DNA of 63,271 nucleotides, counting the filler, from Stramenopiles sp. TOSAG23-6 (lineage: Eukaryota): NCBI GenBank assembly GCA_900128565.1. It is 21 parts of 21 records of this genome, joined end to end, with 100 filler letters (N's around TTAATTAATTAA, not from the genome) between each part and the next. Parts side by side here need not be neighbours in the genome. Positions count along the whole stretch, not along the records: positions 27,291 to 30,211 come from LT637744.1; positions 30,312 to 33,229 come from LT637745.1; positions 33,330 to 36,242 come from LT637746.1; positions 36,343 to 39,254 come from LT637747.1; positions 39,355 to 42,266 come from LT637748.1; 16 more parts are not named here. The stretch is one strand, 5' to 3'. Below, piece after piece: positions 28,276 through 40,830 of this stretch (the first letter of the stretch is position 1; each line of letters starts with the position of its first letter). The position numbers and the translations under genes were made by a program. Below the pieces are notes generated by a model. It was given only the letters and a program-made list of their open reading frames with translations, did not search any database and was not told the origin of the DNA.

Positions 28276-29175
28276 TTATCCACAGTACATAAAAACTGGA
28301 TCATTAATCAGCATGACACGTGTTTCTTCTTCTAAAGACTTACGGGAGCATTTTGGTAAACCAAAAGATCCTTTATGAGCAATACCATCATAATAACGAA
28401 GACTTTTTGAACCACCAACTAGTCTTGTATCAATTTTTTGATCAATTTCTTCAGATTTCATATTAACCACACTTTCTGTTGTGATATTCCGTGAATTTGT
28501 TGCCATAACAAAACCCCATGGACATCCAAATGATGGAATGTTTGCATTGAATTAGAATTCCTTTGTGTAGAGTTTATATCCTGGTCCCGCTTCTATAGGA
28601 TCAGCAATATCCATTATGATAACATCAAACTTCTCATTGTTATTTTCCAACCAAGCCTTCGCATCAGTATACGCCACATGCATTCGAGAATCCTCCATCA
28701 CACCTTCGTTCCATTCAGGCATATACTTACGGCACATGTCACATGCTAATTTGTCAATATCGACCATAACACAACGTTCAACGCTCTTATGTCTAAGAAC
28801 ATCACGCGCAGTCGCAAACTCACCGCCGCCGCCAATGTAGACTTTCTTCGGGTTTGGGTGTAAAAGCATGGCTGGATGTACCAAAGATTCGTGGTAGATA
28901 AATTCATCAGCAAGAGTACTTTGAGTCTGACCATCCATTACAAGCGTTTTACCAAATTGATGGGTCTCGACAATATCGACAGTCTGAAACTTTGACTTTC
29001 CTGTGAAGATTTGCTTCTTGAGTGAAAGTCTGAGACCAAAGTCAGGAGTAATATTTTCAGTAAAATAATATGCTTGGCGACGTTCAAGAACATCACCTTC
29101 GTCATCTTTAGTTACGACGACTTGGTTAAGCTCTGCTGCAGTTGGCACGGGCTCGGGTTCTTCAGTAGCTGGCAT
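28276..29175 (-). CDS. Thermospermine/spermidine synthase (ACL5-like) with an in-frame TAA and missing segment (pseudogene or misassembly)
   Basis: DEFIYHESLVHPAM, IGGGGEFATAR, DIADPIEAGPG..LYTKEF* then FNANIPSFGCPWGFVMA..YYDG..H..F.LPK. Confidence 0.85.
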
Positions 29176-29412
29176 GGTTGTTAGTAATTGGATTAAAGCG
29201 AATAAAGGTTCAGTGCGTAGTAGACTACTTGTTGTTGTTGTTGTTGCTGTTGTGACGGCGACGGGTAACATTTTGTTTGGACAAACCTGTCCTACGAATT
29301 TTCAATTTTGATTGATGTCATCTGACGTTTTTGACATTTTTTGGAATAATTATTAATTTTCCTTGCCTAGCTAGGATTATCGATCTTATTTTATTCAATT
29401 GGACAAGTAAAA

Positions 29413-30211
29413 ATGAGCATACTAAAGGTAATGTCACAGACGAATATGTTGACTCTCATATTATCCTTATTGTATTGCTCTCGAAAAACACTTTCTATTA
29501 GTTGTATTGGTGATAACGGCAAAAACGTAGACTGGTGGGTTATTCTGAAGCACCCAAATTCTTTCAAATACAGTTATATGGACGAGCATAGTACAACTCT
29601 CTCCGTTTCCGCACATGAACTTGACAAAGAACATGGAGCTCTAGGACTTTCTCTAAAAGACATCTACGCGAGTGCTCATAGTAAGAGGAAGACACTTGGC
29701 TACTTATTCTGGAACGATGAAGAACCGAATGGTGATACACATGATGCACCTAATGCGCACGCAAAGGGAGTTTTAGGATTTACTAGCCGCACAGCTCATA
29801 GTCTACCTAAATTTCCAAACTATGTGAAAGATGGATTCAAACCTTCTTGGGAACTAACAAGCAATACATATGGACAAAGTTTTTTGTGTATTAGTCTTGA
29901 TAATCATGGGGTTGAAAATGCTGCCACTTCCCTTCAAGTGGATCGATTATCTATTTACGATTTTGATATCCCGCCTACACTATCTAAACATTTTTTGGAA
30001 GTGGAAAAATTAGTCAACAGAGAAAAGCTTGATTATGAGAGTCATTCACGAGTCATACAATCAAGAGGAGGTAAGAAGTTCTTACGTATCTCAAAAAGTG
30101 TATGTTTTCATTTCAATTTCGAATTTATTTTTTTTTGGTACGAAATTTTGTACCTAACGAATTTCAAATCGTTTTTGAAATATTTTTTTATACTACGTGG
30201 TCATTGGGCTA
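29413..30211 (+). CDS. Deoxyribonuclease II, 3'-partial; intron 30100-30198 (GT..GT)
   Basis: SCIGDNGKNVDWWVILKHP, AHAKGV, HSLPKFP, YGQSFLCIS; signal peptide; intron removal gives SKS-GHW. Confidence 0.9.
30100..30198 (+). mobile_element. Introner-family intron, GT..GT with GT repeat
   Basis: aaaGT|gtatg...ctacGT|ggt. Confidence 0.85.
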
Positions 30212-31046
30212 NNNNNNNNNNNNNNNNNNNNNNNNNNNNNNNNNNNNNNNNNNNNTTAATTAATTAANNNNNNNNNNNNNNNNNNNNNNNNNNNNNNNNN
30301 NNNNNNNNNNNATTGTTGGTATTCATTAATGTGCATTCTACCCTTCTTCAGCAACACATGCATATTGCTATATGATAGTGGTACACTAGTCAAAGTCAAA
30401 CACACTGGATTTTCTAAAAAGTATCGTGAATTAACCGAATAGTGAGATTATTCTACATTCCAGGTATTGTATTGTAGTATTGAAAATAAATAGATATGTG
30501 CAAAGTTCAGTACTTGTGTTAATAGTAGAGTATTTTACTACTGTCATATACAGTACTTATTTTATTATGTAAAGTATTTTAATCTGATGTCCAACAGTGT
30601 AGTATGAAGTGTAGTATATTACATCCAAAATACATTACTATATATGAATAGTATACTACTTAAGTTGGCAACTCAAGTACTGAACTACAAACTATACTAA
30701 TAAAGTTGGCAACTCAAGTACTAGACTTCGTAGTCAAGTACTTTATCACGAAATACGGTACTTTACTTTACAACCCTGAAACCGGCTACTTTTCCAGTAC
30801 GTGCATCATCAAGTATCATCAGATATCCTTGAGATTTCGTGCAGGGTTGATCCGTCAGGAAAAGTCCAAAATCAGGGCAGATCCGTCATTTTCTCAAAAA
30901 TAAATTTACAATTAAATTTAGGTCAAGAAGTGAGTCAAGTCAAGTCGACGATATCGATATAGGTAGTTACCAATACTCGACCCAATACTCGTACTCGTTC
31001 GTAGGTACGGAATTCCGTCGACAAATTATAACAGGACCCACGGGTC

Positions 31047-31343
31047 ATGGATAAACCAGATAATCAAGTTCTTGTGCTACAAATTGAAATAAAGGAACTA
31101 GAAAACGCTGTTGCTCACCTTCGGCGCTCAAATAGAGAAATTGAGTCATTCATCAGAGAGAACGGTTCAGATAGAGAGTTCTCTGAAGCCATAACTGATA
31201 ATCAAAACGCAATTCTAGTCAAAGAGGCAAAGGTATTAAAGTATAGAAAGCAGCTCGAAGTTTTATCTGGGAGTCATTCCGTCACGACAAGCATTGAAAA
31301 AGAAGAGAAAATAGTTTCTACTTCTGAAGGATTAAGTCTCTAA
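31047..31343 (+). CDS. Small coiled-coil protein (98 aa)
   Basis: Intact ATG-TAA ORF with heptad pattern ELENAVAHLRRSNREI. Confidence 0.65.
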   Translation: MDKPDNQVLVLQIEIKELENAVAHLRRSNREIESFIRENGSDREFSEAITDNQNAILVKEAKVLKYRKQLEVLSGSHSVTTSIEKEEKIVSTSEGLSL

Positions 31344-31344
31344 T

Positions 31345-32144
31345 ATGCTTATTTATGGCCTAACTGGTGGTATTGCATGTGGAAAGACCACAGTGACAAA
31401 CATATTACGTGAGAATGGTATAAATGTTATAGACTGTGACGTTATTGCACGTGAAGTAATGGAACCTCATTGCTGGGGTTACAATCGAGTTTGTCATGCT
31501 TTTGGTTCAAAACTTGCAAAACATACAGATGGCTCTATTGACCGTGCGAAATTAGGTCAACTTGTATTTGGTACAAGGACTGAACGGATAAAGCTGGAAT
31601 CAGCAGTTGGTCTTCCTATTTTTTTTGAAATTCTGAGACAAATACTGACTCATTGGTGGTCTGGTGATACTATTTTGTTCATTGACGCGCCAACTTTGTA
31701 CGAATCAAAACGTCTGTACATTTTCATTATGAATATTTTACCTAATTTTTTTTTGTACGAAATTTTGTACCTAACGAATTTTAGTTGTTTTTTTGAAATA
31801 TTTTTTCACAAAACATACTACCACTATGTTCAAAAGTTGTAGTTATTGCTGTTGACGCTAAAACCCAAATAAAACGTTTACTGATACGTAATAAAGAAAT
31901 GACAATAATTGATGCAAGAAATCGCATTAAAGCACAAATGCCAATTCAAGAAAAAAAGAAACTTTGTGATTTTGTTGTTGAAAATAATCAAAATATACAA
32001 CAATTAAATGAAAACATTTTATCTCTTATACGAGAGATACGAAATGATACATCAATCGGCTTTCCTAGTCCATCGCTTGTTACATCGTTTATAGTAGTAT
32101 TTATTTCCATGACAATATTGTTTTATTGCTGGATTTATAATTGA
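31345..32144 (+). CDS. coaE: Dephospho-CoA kinase (DCAKD/CoaE); intron 31716-31819 (GT..CT)
   Basis: GLTGGIACGKTTV, IDCDVIAR, DAPTLYE, ARNRIKAQMP; C-terminal TM segment. Confidence 0.92.
31716..31819 (+). mobile_element. Introner-family intron, GT..CT with CT repeat
   Basis: cgtCT|gtaca...acataCT|acca; restores KRL-PLCSKVVVI. Confidence 0.85.
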
Positions 32145-32183
32145 AAATTTATAAATTCTAAATTGTTGTTTTTTTTATTATAC

Positions 32184-33164
32184 TTAATTACTACAAAGAA
32201 GTTCTTCCTTTGGGTAAACTTTAAATGTATTTAATGCCCATAATGTCACACACGTTGGGATTAATAAAATTCCGAAACAAAGTGACAGCCAAGCAATTTT
32301 TATATCATTTCTTTTTGTATCATCACCAGGAAGAGTTTGATCTGAATTTATTTGAGTTGTAATTTCATTACATACAGGAATATTTATATACATTGATTTT
32401 AAATAAAAAGCTGCAGGTAGTACAAATATCATCATAGGAGAGCAAGTGGACCCGACTAAGCTTACAACAACCTCAATATCGTGAGCAATCATGTATTATG
32501 ATTTTTATTTATTTTTATTTTTTTTGTTAGGTACGAAATTTACTATAAAAAAAAAATAAATTTGGAAATTTGATGATAAAAACGTACATACCAATAGAAG
32601 CAGTAAAAACAACTAAAAAGAGGTTCAAAAAAAAATTAGATATAAAAGACAACTTTGTGGTACCAAAAACCAGTTGAGATATATTTAATCGAGCTTCCCA
32701 GACTACTATCGGAAAAGAAAAAACAACTGAAAATCCAAAAGCTACTTTAAGAATCGTCCTGGATTGTGAAAAATATTCTTTTTTTTTTTTTTTTTTAGTA
32801 AAAAAAAACCGTTAGGTACAAAATTTTCTACCAAAAAAAAAAAATTAAAATTCATGTTAAAAAAAATACATTAAAGTATCAATAACAGATCCTCCAAATA
32901 TAAAATTTCGTAATAAATCATGACACGTGTTATTGCGAAAGGCCAAATATCCACAGATACCGACAGTCATATACGATATAGCACAAATACACGTATTGTG
33001 AAAACATATTAAAAAAAAAAATCTTTTTTGTTACGTACAAAATTTTCAAAAAAAAAACAAATAAAAATTCGTTAGGTACAAAATTAAAACGTACACATTG
33101 AAATATGCGAAACTTTTGAAATCTTTTTAGGATTTGGATTTTTCATTTCTCGATACACTGGAAA
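32184..33164 (-). CDS. Amino-acid transporter (Aa_trans/SLC38-like), 5'-partial; introns 32991-33094, 32759-32869, 32491-32587
   Basis: PVYREMKNP, YMTVGICGYLAF, FSFPIVVWEAR, VSLVGSTCSPMMIFVLPAAFY. Confidence 0.85.
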
Positions 33165-33329
33165 TGTATTTTGAAAAAATATTTCAAAAAAATCTAAAAA
33201 AAATTGTTAGGTACAAAATTTCGTATGAANNNNNNNNNNNNNNNNNNNNNNNNNNNNNNNNNNNNNNNNNNNNTTAATTAATTAANNNNNNNNNNNNNNN
33301 NNNNNNNNNNNNNNNNNNNNNNNNNNNNN

Positions 33330-34736
33330 TAATATTTGACACTTCTCTTTTGTCAGTATCATTAATATTTGACACTTCTCTTTTGTCAATATCATTAACA
33401 TTTGACACTTCTCTTTTGTCAGTATCATTGTATTCGCATTTACTTTGATTAACACCAAATAGATATTTTCCTGAAATCACCAAATTCATTGTATCCTTCG
33501 CCTTCACCACGGCAGGCGAGGGAGGCGGAGGAGTCATTGGTGTTTCCGTATATAAAAACGAGTTATTCAAAGTATTATTTTCTTTTTCATCATTATTATC
33601 CAATCCATCAAGGTGATTCTTATTGAGTGAAGGATCAAAATTCAGTTTTGAAGACTTTTGAATTTGCTCAAGTAATTCTTCAAGCCAATTACACACATCA
33701 TCTGCATTAGGTCTATCTACTGATTCGTATTGAGTACATGTATTGTGAAAAAATATTTTTTTTTGTAATGTTTTTTGTTAGGTACAAAATTTCGTACGAA
33801 AAAAAAACAAATTCGAAATTGAAAAAAATTAAACATACACATCATTGAAAGTTCAACCAATGCATCAGGACATCCTTTAAGTACATTATCTTTAATAGCA
33901 GTGGGCTTAAAATCAAATAGATTTCGGGGAAGTCTTTTCAGGAACGTTTCAGGCAATTGGCATATATGGTGAAAAAATATTTCTTTTCGAAAACAATCGT
34001 TAGGTAAAAATTTTCATTAAAAAAAAAAAAAAAGNAAAAAATTCAATTTTGAAAACGTACAACATATACACTCGGCTATTATTACACCAAAGGAGAAAAT
34101 ATCTATTTTTTCATCTGCATGCTCATGAAGAAAAAGTTCTGGTGCCATATACGAGTCTGTACCTACTGTAGTCATTCGTTTACTTCTGATTTCTTTTGTT
34201 GAAATTCGCCGTGAAAGACCAAAATCAATAATTTTGCATTGACAACCAATTCCCCCGAGCATTAAATTTTCTGTTTTTAAGTCCCGATGTATAATTTCAC
34301 ACTCGTGCAAATGCCTCATTCCCCGAGCTGCGCCCAGTAAATAGAATACCAACTCATCCCATTTTTTAAATGGACCGTATGTAGTCCAATAATCTCGTAA
34401 CGTTCCGCCAGATAATAATTCCATAACAATCTTGGGCAATACACTCTTTTCTTCTAGAGCATTTTCGTCTTCTTCACAGTCATCTGACTTGTCACATAAA
34501 TCACTGTAGATAACACCATGAAGTTTAGCTAAGTTTTGATGATGTAATCTTCCTATTTCGATTTCACGGGTAATATACTTGATTGCAAATTCGTCGAACC
34601 CTGGTCGAAGGCGAAAACATTTGACTGCAACGGGTAGTCCTAACCAATTTCCAGCGACGACAGAGCCATATTTGCCAACTCCTAACTGTTCAGGTGGGTC
34701 CGCATAACTTATTTCATGAGCTAGAATATTATTCAT
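33330..34736 (-). CDS. TKL-group (LIMK/TESK-like) protein kinase; introns 33962-34060, 33738-33838
   Basis: GVGKYG, VAVK, HRDLKTEN, DFGLSR, VGTDSYMAPE, DIFSFG, C..DRP. Confidence 0.9.
33962..34060 (-). mobile_element. Introner-family intron, GT..AT, informative for splice register
   Basis: tgt t|gtacg...catatAT|gc caa gives ICCQLP; a 2-nt upstream shift would create TGA. Confidence 0.85.
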
Positions 34737-34772
34737 CCCTTATTAGCTCGGGTAAACAAATTGCTTTTCGAT

Positions 34773-34805
<33 letters not shown>

Positions 34806-35107
34806 TTTTCAATAAGATTAAATCAAATGAAACTATGTACGACACTTGCTTCTTTTGATCATTCGACGTATTTCAATTTAATGGTTCGATACAATTGTCA
34901 ACATTATTAATTTAGAGGTTTATAATAGCCCATTCGTATAGAGGAGCGGACGACATCACGATTTCAGATTCATCATCACGATTATTTCAGAATTTTCGGT
35001 TCTCAAAATTTTCTCAAATCTTTCGAAGGCGTACGATTTCAGATTATTCTCAAAGATTTATTCGTAAAGCACCAACATTGTTTCAATTTCGAATAAGGAA
35101 ATCCAGG

Positions 35108-36176
35108 ATGACGATATTCTTTACAATAATCTTTAGCCTATATTTCGTTTTCATAATAGATGTCTATAGTTTAAAAAAAACTCCACCTTTGCGCCCACCA
35201 GAGGCATATGAAAAGCCAAAGCCTGGACAACACATGGGTATGATGAGGTTATTGCACAATATGTATGAACGAGAAAAGCCAGTTGAAACTCTGAGTGTCC
35301 CATGTGATCCTCCTCAGCTAGTGCAAAAAACTGCTCACTTTTGCGTCGCCCAGAAAATAGCACCTGAAGGTTGTCTTCGTATGATCAAAGAAGTGCAAAC
35401 ACGGTGTACGCAACATGGGGGTAAAGGTCGCTATGAGCAAAAATTTGAGTTAAACAGAAGCGTTGTCGTACCTGTAGTTCTCCCAGATGATGTTTCTTTT
35501 ACCGTAGAGTTTTTTAATGATTCAAATCCAAAGTCTATTGCACTTGAAGTTTGCACTAAATTACACTTATCAGCAAGTGACGAAAGATGTATGCAAATGG
35601 CAAATTTTTTTGAGAGTAAAGTAGAAGAAAGTTGCTGGGAGTTGGGACATTGTGAGCATATGCCTCCAAAAACCGTTGAATTTTATCGTCAATATGGATA
35701 TTCAACGGGTGATGCACAAAATAATCGGAAAGGGAAAAAAAATAAAAAACGTAAAAATATAAAAATTCCACAGAAATATGCTCAAAAAGGTCCAAAAAAT
35801 CAAACTTCAACAACAGTTGGCTATGCAGAAGAAAGTAAGAAAAAAGATTCAACTTCTTCAAATTTAAGTTCAAATTCAAGTAGAGGCATAAAAGATGAAA
35901 TATTAACTCTTCCTGATGTTGTTCAAGATTTGGATACTGTACCCAAATCTCGAAAAGAGCAAGCAGCAGCCGCACAGATTATCTTTGACTGGCCGAAAGA
36001 AGGCATGGTACGTTTTTTTCATTTCAATTTAAATTTAAATTTCGAATTATTATTTTTTTTTTCTTACACTGTAAAATTCATACATTCATTTCATACCTAC
36101 TGAATTTCAAGCTGTAAAACATATTTTTTACAATAAATGTTTATCATGTCGATGCTATTCGCTTAGCTTTGCAAAT
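35108..36176 (+). CDS. Uncharacterized secreted or membrane-anchored Cys-containing protein, 3'-partial
   Basis: Hydrophobic N-terminus, long ORF, family intron 36008-36138. Confidence 0.6.
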
Positions 36177-37201
36177 GTATGTTTTATTTTTTTTTTACAA
36201 AAAAATCGAATTTATTTTTCGTACGAAATTTTGTACCTAACANNNNNNNNNNNNNNNNNNNNNNNNNNNNNNNNNNNNNNNNNNNNTTAATTAATTAANN
36301 NNNNNNNNNNNNNNNNNNNNNNNNNNNNNNNNNNNNNNNNNNTAAAAATATTTAATTTTTTTTTTTTTTTTTTTTTTGGTTAGGTACAGAATTTCGTACG
36401 AAAAAAAAAATTGTAAAATTCAACAATAAAAACGTATCAAGGGATTATAACTCTCAGGAGTGTCTGTATTCATTCGGCGTTTTGCATCGATTCGATTGGC
36501 TTGTAGTTGCATATCATCATATAAAGGAATATTTGGATCTCTATTCCATATTGTTCCTACATTTTTGTTAAAGTTTTTTACTGTCTTTTTTATTTCATTC
36601 TTTTTCTCCTCATTCATCAAAGTATTGCCATATAGCTCGGCTGTCTTCGTTTCCAACCCATCATCTTTTACAGGTACTAAGGGATTGGATACTTTAAAGT
36701 GTGACTTATCTTTAGTAGGTAATAAGGGAGTTGTCACTTTGAATTGAGATTCATCTTGATCAACATTTGAATTTGAACTCATTTTTCTTCTTTTTCTGAA
36801 TGTTATGAAAAAAACTTCAAAAGCTCCTCAAAATAAGTTGAATGTGTGTAGAAAAAGTATAGAAGCACCATTATATCGCATGTAGAGTTGGTAATAGACT
36901 TGGCTTAGTATTAATGTTTTGAATACAAAATAGACATTTTATTTAATATTATATATATTGTATAAATGTTGCTCTTACTAGTAGATGAATTAGTACTTTA
37001 TTATAGAGAGAGAGAGTCGATCGATGGACGTCTTCGTCTACTAAACCTCCGATGAAAAATATCCGAAACGTTACAAAATATAGAAAGTCGAAGTATTGAC
37101 ATTGTTCACAACACTACTTGCTAGTACAACACAACAAAATTACTCCTTACTACAGACAGTTACAACACATTTAATACATTTTATATACACAATTCATAAC
37201 T

Positions 37202-37687
37202 ATGTCACAAGCAAATGATTCAAAAGAGATAGTCATTGATGTTTCAGCGTTCATGACGTATGAAGAATATCTTGATTCACAGATCAAAGAAGTTGATGAG
37301 TTTTACTTGGAAGATAAGGAATTAGCTCGTGAATTAGTTCAATTGGGATACAGAGGCTCAGGGGACACGCTACAACGGGAAGATTTTGAAGCCCAGAAGA
37401 AGCTAGAACGTGACAAAAAGACTCAGAAAGCAGTAGTTCCGAAACATCTTGCTCACACAGGTATCAAGTTGGATGACTTTCCATTTCTAGAGGCTCTTGC
37501 TCATCGAGAAGAGTTAGTTCGGACTGGCAAACTAACGACAATCATTTTTATTCGTGATTATAACCAAAAAGGACAAGAAATCAGTGGATATATTGATTAT
37601 GCTCATCGACTCAAAACAGAAGATTTTGAACCGTACTTTGAACAAAAGAAAAGATTAATGCCACGTGCAAAAGATTTGAGCTATTAC
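37202..37687 (+). CDS. CFAP299: Cilia- and flagella-associated protein 299 (DUF4464), 3'-partial
   Basis: YEEYLDSQI..D.FYLED.ELAR.LV.LGYRG.G, IIFIRD.N.KGQEISGYIDYAHRLKTEDFEPYF. Confidence 0.85.
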
Positions 37688-37774
37688 GTACGTCTTTTTT
37701 TTTTGATTTTTTTTTTCAGTTTTTTTAATTTTTTTTTTCGTACGAAATTTTGTACCTAACGATTTTTTTATCCA

Positions 37775-37822
<48 letters not shown>

Positions 37823-37909
37823 TGGATAAAAAAATCGTTAGGTACAAAATTTCGTACGAAAAAAAAAATTAAAAAAACTGAAAAAAAAAATCAAAAAAAA
37901 AAGACGTAC

Positions 37910-38395
37910 GTAATAGCTCAAATCTTTTGCACGTGGCATTAATCTTTTCTTTTGTTCAAAGTACGGTTCAAAATCTTCTGTTTTGAGTCGATGAGCATAA
38001 TCAATATATCCACTGATTTCTTGTCCTTTTTGGTTATAATCACGAATAAAAATGATTGTCGTTAGTTTGCCAGTCCGAACTAACTCTTCTCGATGAGCAA
38101 GAGCCTCTAGAAATGGAAAGTCATCCAACTTGATACCTGTGTGAGCAAGATGTTTCGGAACTACTGCTTTCTGAGTCTTTTTGTCACGTTCTAGCTTCTT
38201 CTGGGCTTCAAAATCTTCCCGTTGTAGCGTGTCCCCTGAGCCTCTGTATCCCAATTGAACTAATTCACGAGCTAATTCCTTATCTTCCAAGTAAAACTCA
38301 TCAACTTCTTTGATCTGTGAATCAAGATATTCTTCATACGTCATGAACGCTGAAACATCAATGACTATCTCTTTTGAATCATTTGCTTGTGACAT
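37910..38395 (-). CDS. CFAP299: CFAP299 mirror copy (fold-back)
   Basis: Exact reverse complement of 37202-37687. Confidence 0.6.
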
Positions 38396-38814
38396 AGTTA
38401 TGAATTGTGTATATAAAATGTATTAAATGTGTTGTAACTGTCTGTAGTAAGGAGTAATTTTGTTGTGTTGTACTAGCAAGTAGTGTTGTGAACAATGTCA
38501 ATACTTCGACTTTCTATATTTTGTAACGTTTCGGATATTTTTCATCGGAGGTTTAGTAGACGAAGACGTCCATCGATCGACTCTCTCTCTCTATAATAAA
38601 GTACTAATTCATCTACTAGTAAGAGCAACATTTATACAATATATATAATATTAAATAAAATGTCTATTTTGTATTCAAAACATTAATACTAAGCCAAGTC
38701 TATTACCAACTCTACATGCGATATAATGGTGCTTCTATACTTTTTCTACACACATTCAACTTATTTTGAGGAGCTTTTGAAGTTTTTTTCATAACATTCA
38801 GAAAAAGAAGAAAA

Positions 38815-39159
38815 ATGAGTTCAAATTCAAATGTTGATCAAGATGAATCTCAATTCAAAGTGACAACTCCCTTATTACCTACTAAAGATAAGTCACACTT
38901 TAAAGTATCCAATCCCTTAGTACCTGTAAAAGATGATGGGTTGGAAACGAAGACAGCCGAGCTATATGGCAATACTTTGATGAATGAGGAGAAAAAGAAT
39001 GAAATAAAAAAGACAGTAAAAAACTTTAACAAAAATGTAGGAACAATATGGAATAGAGATCCAAATATTCCTTTATATGATGATATGCAACTACAAGCCA
39101 ATCGAATCGATGCAAAACGCCGAATGAATACAGACACTCCTGAGAGTTATAATCCCTTG
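38815..39159 (+). CDS. Uncharacterized protein first exon (mirror copy at 36438-36782, minus strand)
   Basis: ATG ORF running into a family intron that starts ATACGTTTT. Confidence 0.5.
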
Positions 39160-39354
39160 ATACGTTTTTATTGTTGAATTTTACAATTTTTTTTTTCGTA
39201 CGAAATTCTGTACCTAACCAAAAAAAAAAAAAAAAAAAAAATTAAATATTTTTANNNNNNNNNNNNNNNNNNNNNNNNNNNNNNNNNNNNNNNNNNNNTT
39301 AATTAATTAANNNNNNNNNNNNNNNNNNNNNNNNNNNNNNNNNNNNNNNNNNNN

Positions 39355-40797
39355 TAATATTTGACACTTCTCTTTTGTCAGTATCATTAATATTTGACAC
39401 TTCTCTTTTGTCAATATCATTAACATTTGACACTTCTCTTTTGTCAGTATCATTGTATTCGCATTTACTTTGATTAACACCAAATAGATATTTTCCTGAA
39501 ATCACCAAATTCATTGTATCCTTCGCCTTCACCACGGCAGGCGAGGGAGGCGGAGGAGTCATTGGTGTTTCCGTATATAAAAACGAGTTATTCAAAGTAT
39601 TATTTTCTTTTTCATCATTATTATCCAATCCATCAAGGTGATTCTTATTGAGTGAAGGATCAAAATTCAGTTTTGAAGACTTTTGAATTTGCTCAAGTAA
39701 TTCTTCAAGCCAATTACACACATCATCTGCATTAGGTCTATCTACTGATTCGTATTGAGTACATGTATTGTGAAAAAATATTTTTTTTTGTAATGTTTTT
39801 TGTTAGGTACAAAATTTCGTACGAAAAAAAAACAAATTCGAAATTGAAAAAAATTAAACATACACATCATTGAAAGTTCAACCAATGCATCAGGACATCC
39901 TTTAAGTACATTATCTTTAATAGCAGTGGGCTTAAAATCAAATAGATTTCGGGGAAGTCTTTTCAGGAACGTTTCAGGCAATTGGCATATATGGTGAAAA
40001 AATATTTCTTTTCGAAAACAATCGTTAGGTAAAAATTTTCATTAAAAAAAAAAAAAAAGNAAAAAATTCAATTTTGAAAACGTACAACATATACACTCGG
40101 CTATTATTACACCAAAGGAGAAAATATCTATTTTTTCATCTGCATGCTCATGAAGAAAAAGTTCTGGTGCCATATACGAGTCTGTACCTACTGTAGTCAT
40201 TCGTTTACTTCTGATTTCTTTTGTTGAAATTCGCCGTGAAAGACCAAAATCAATAATTTTGCATTGACAACCAATTCCCCCGAGCATTAAATTTTCTGTT
40301 TTTAAGTCCCGATGTATAATTTCACACTCGTGCAAATGCCTCATTCCCCGAGCTGCGCCCAGTAAATAGAATACCAACTCATCCCATTTTTTAAATGGAC
40401 CGTATGTAGTCCAATAATCTCGTAACGTTCCGCCAGATAATAATTCCATAACAATCTTGGGCAATACACTCTTTTCTTCTAGAGCATTTTCGTCTTCTTC
40501 ACAGTCATCTGACTTGTCACATAAATCACTGTAGATAACACCATGAAGTTTAGCTAAGTTTTGATGATGTAATCTTCCTATTTCGATTTCACGGGTAATA
40601 TACTTGATTGCAAATTCGTCGAACCCTGGTCGAAGGCGAAAACATTTGACTGCAACGGGTAGTCCTAACCAATTTCCAGCGACGACAGAGCCATATTTGC
40701 CAACTCCTAACTGTTCAGGTGGGTCCGCATAACTTATTTCATGAGCTAGAATATTATTCATCCCTTATTAGCTCGGGTAAACAAATTGCTTTTCGAT

Positions 40798-40830
<33 letters not shown>

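Larger units (their letters stand above)
36343..39254. repeat. Whole-contig perfect inverted duplication (fold-back), centre 37798/37799
   Basis: Mirror ORFs 37202+/38395- and 36782-/38815+; coordinates sum to 75597. Confidence 0.95.

Noticed and set aside
28552-28554. TAA reassignment (alternative genetic code)
   Set aside because: TAA terminates GFAT right after the conserved SVTVE end, and this site coincides with a missing segment
30312-30760. AGTA/TACT-rich intergenic tract as an ncRNA or element
   Set aside because: Only a short direct repeat (taagttggcaactcaagtact) and low complexity; no recognisable structure
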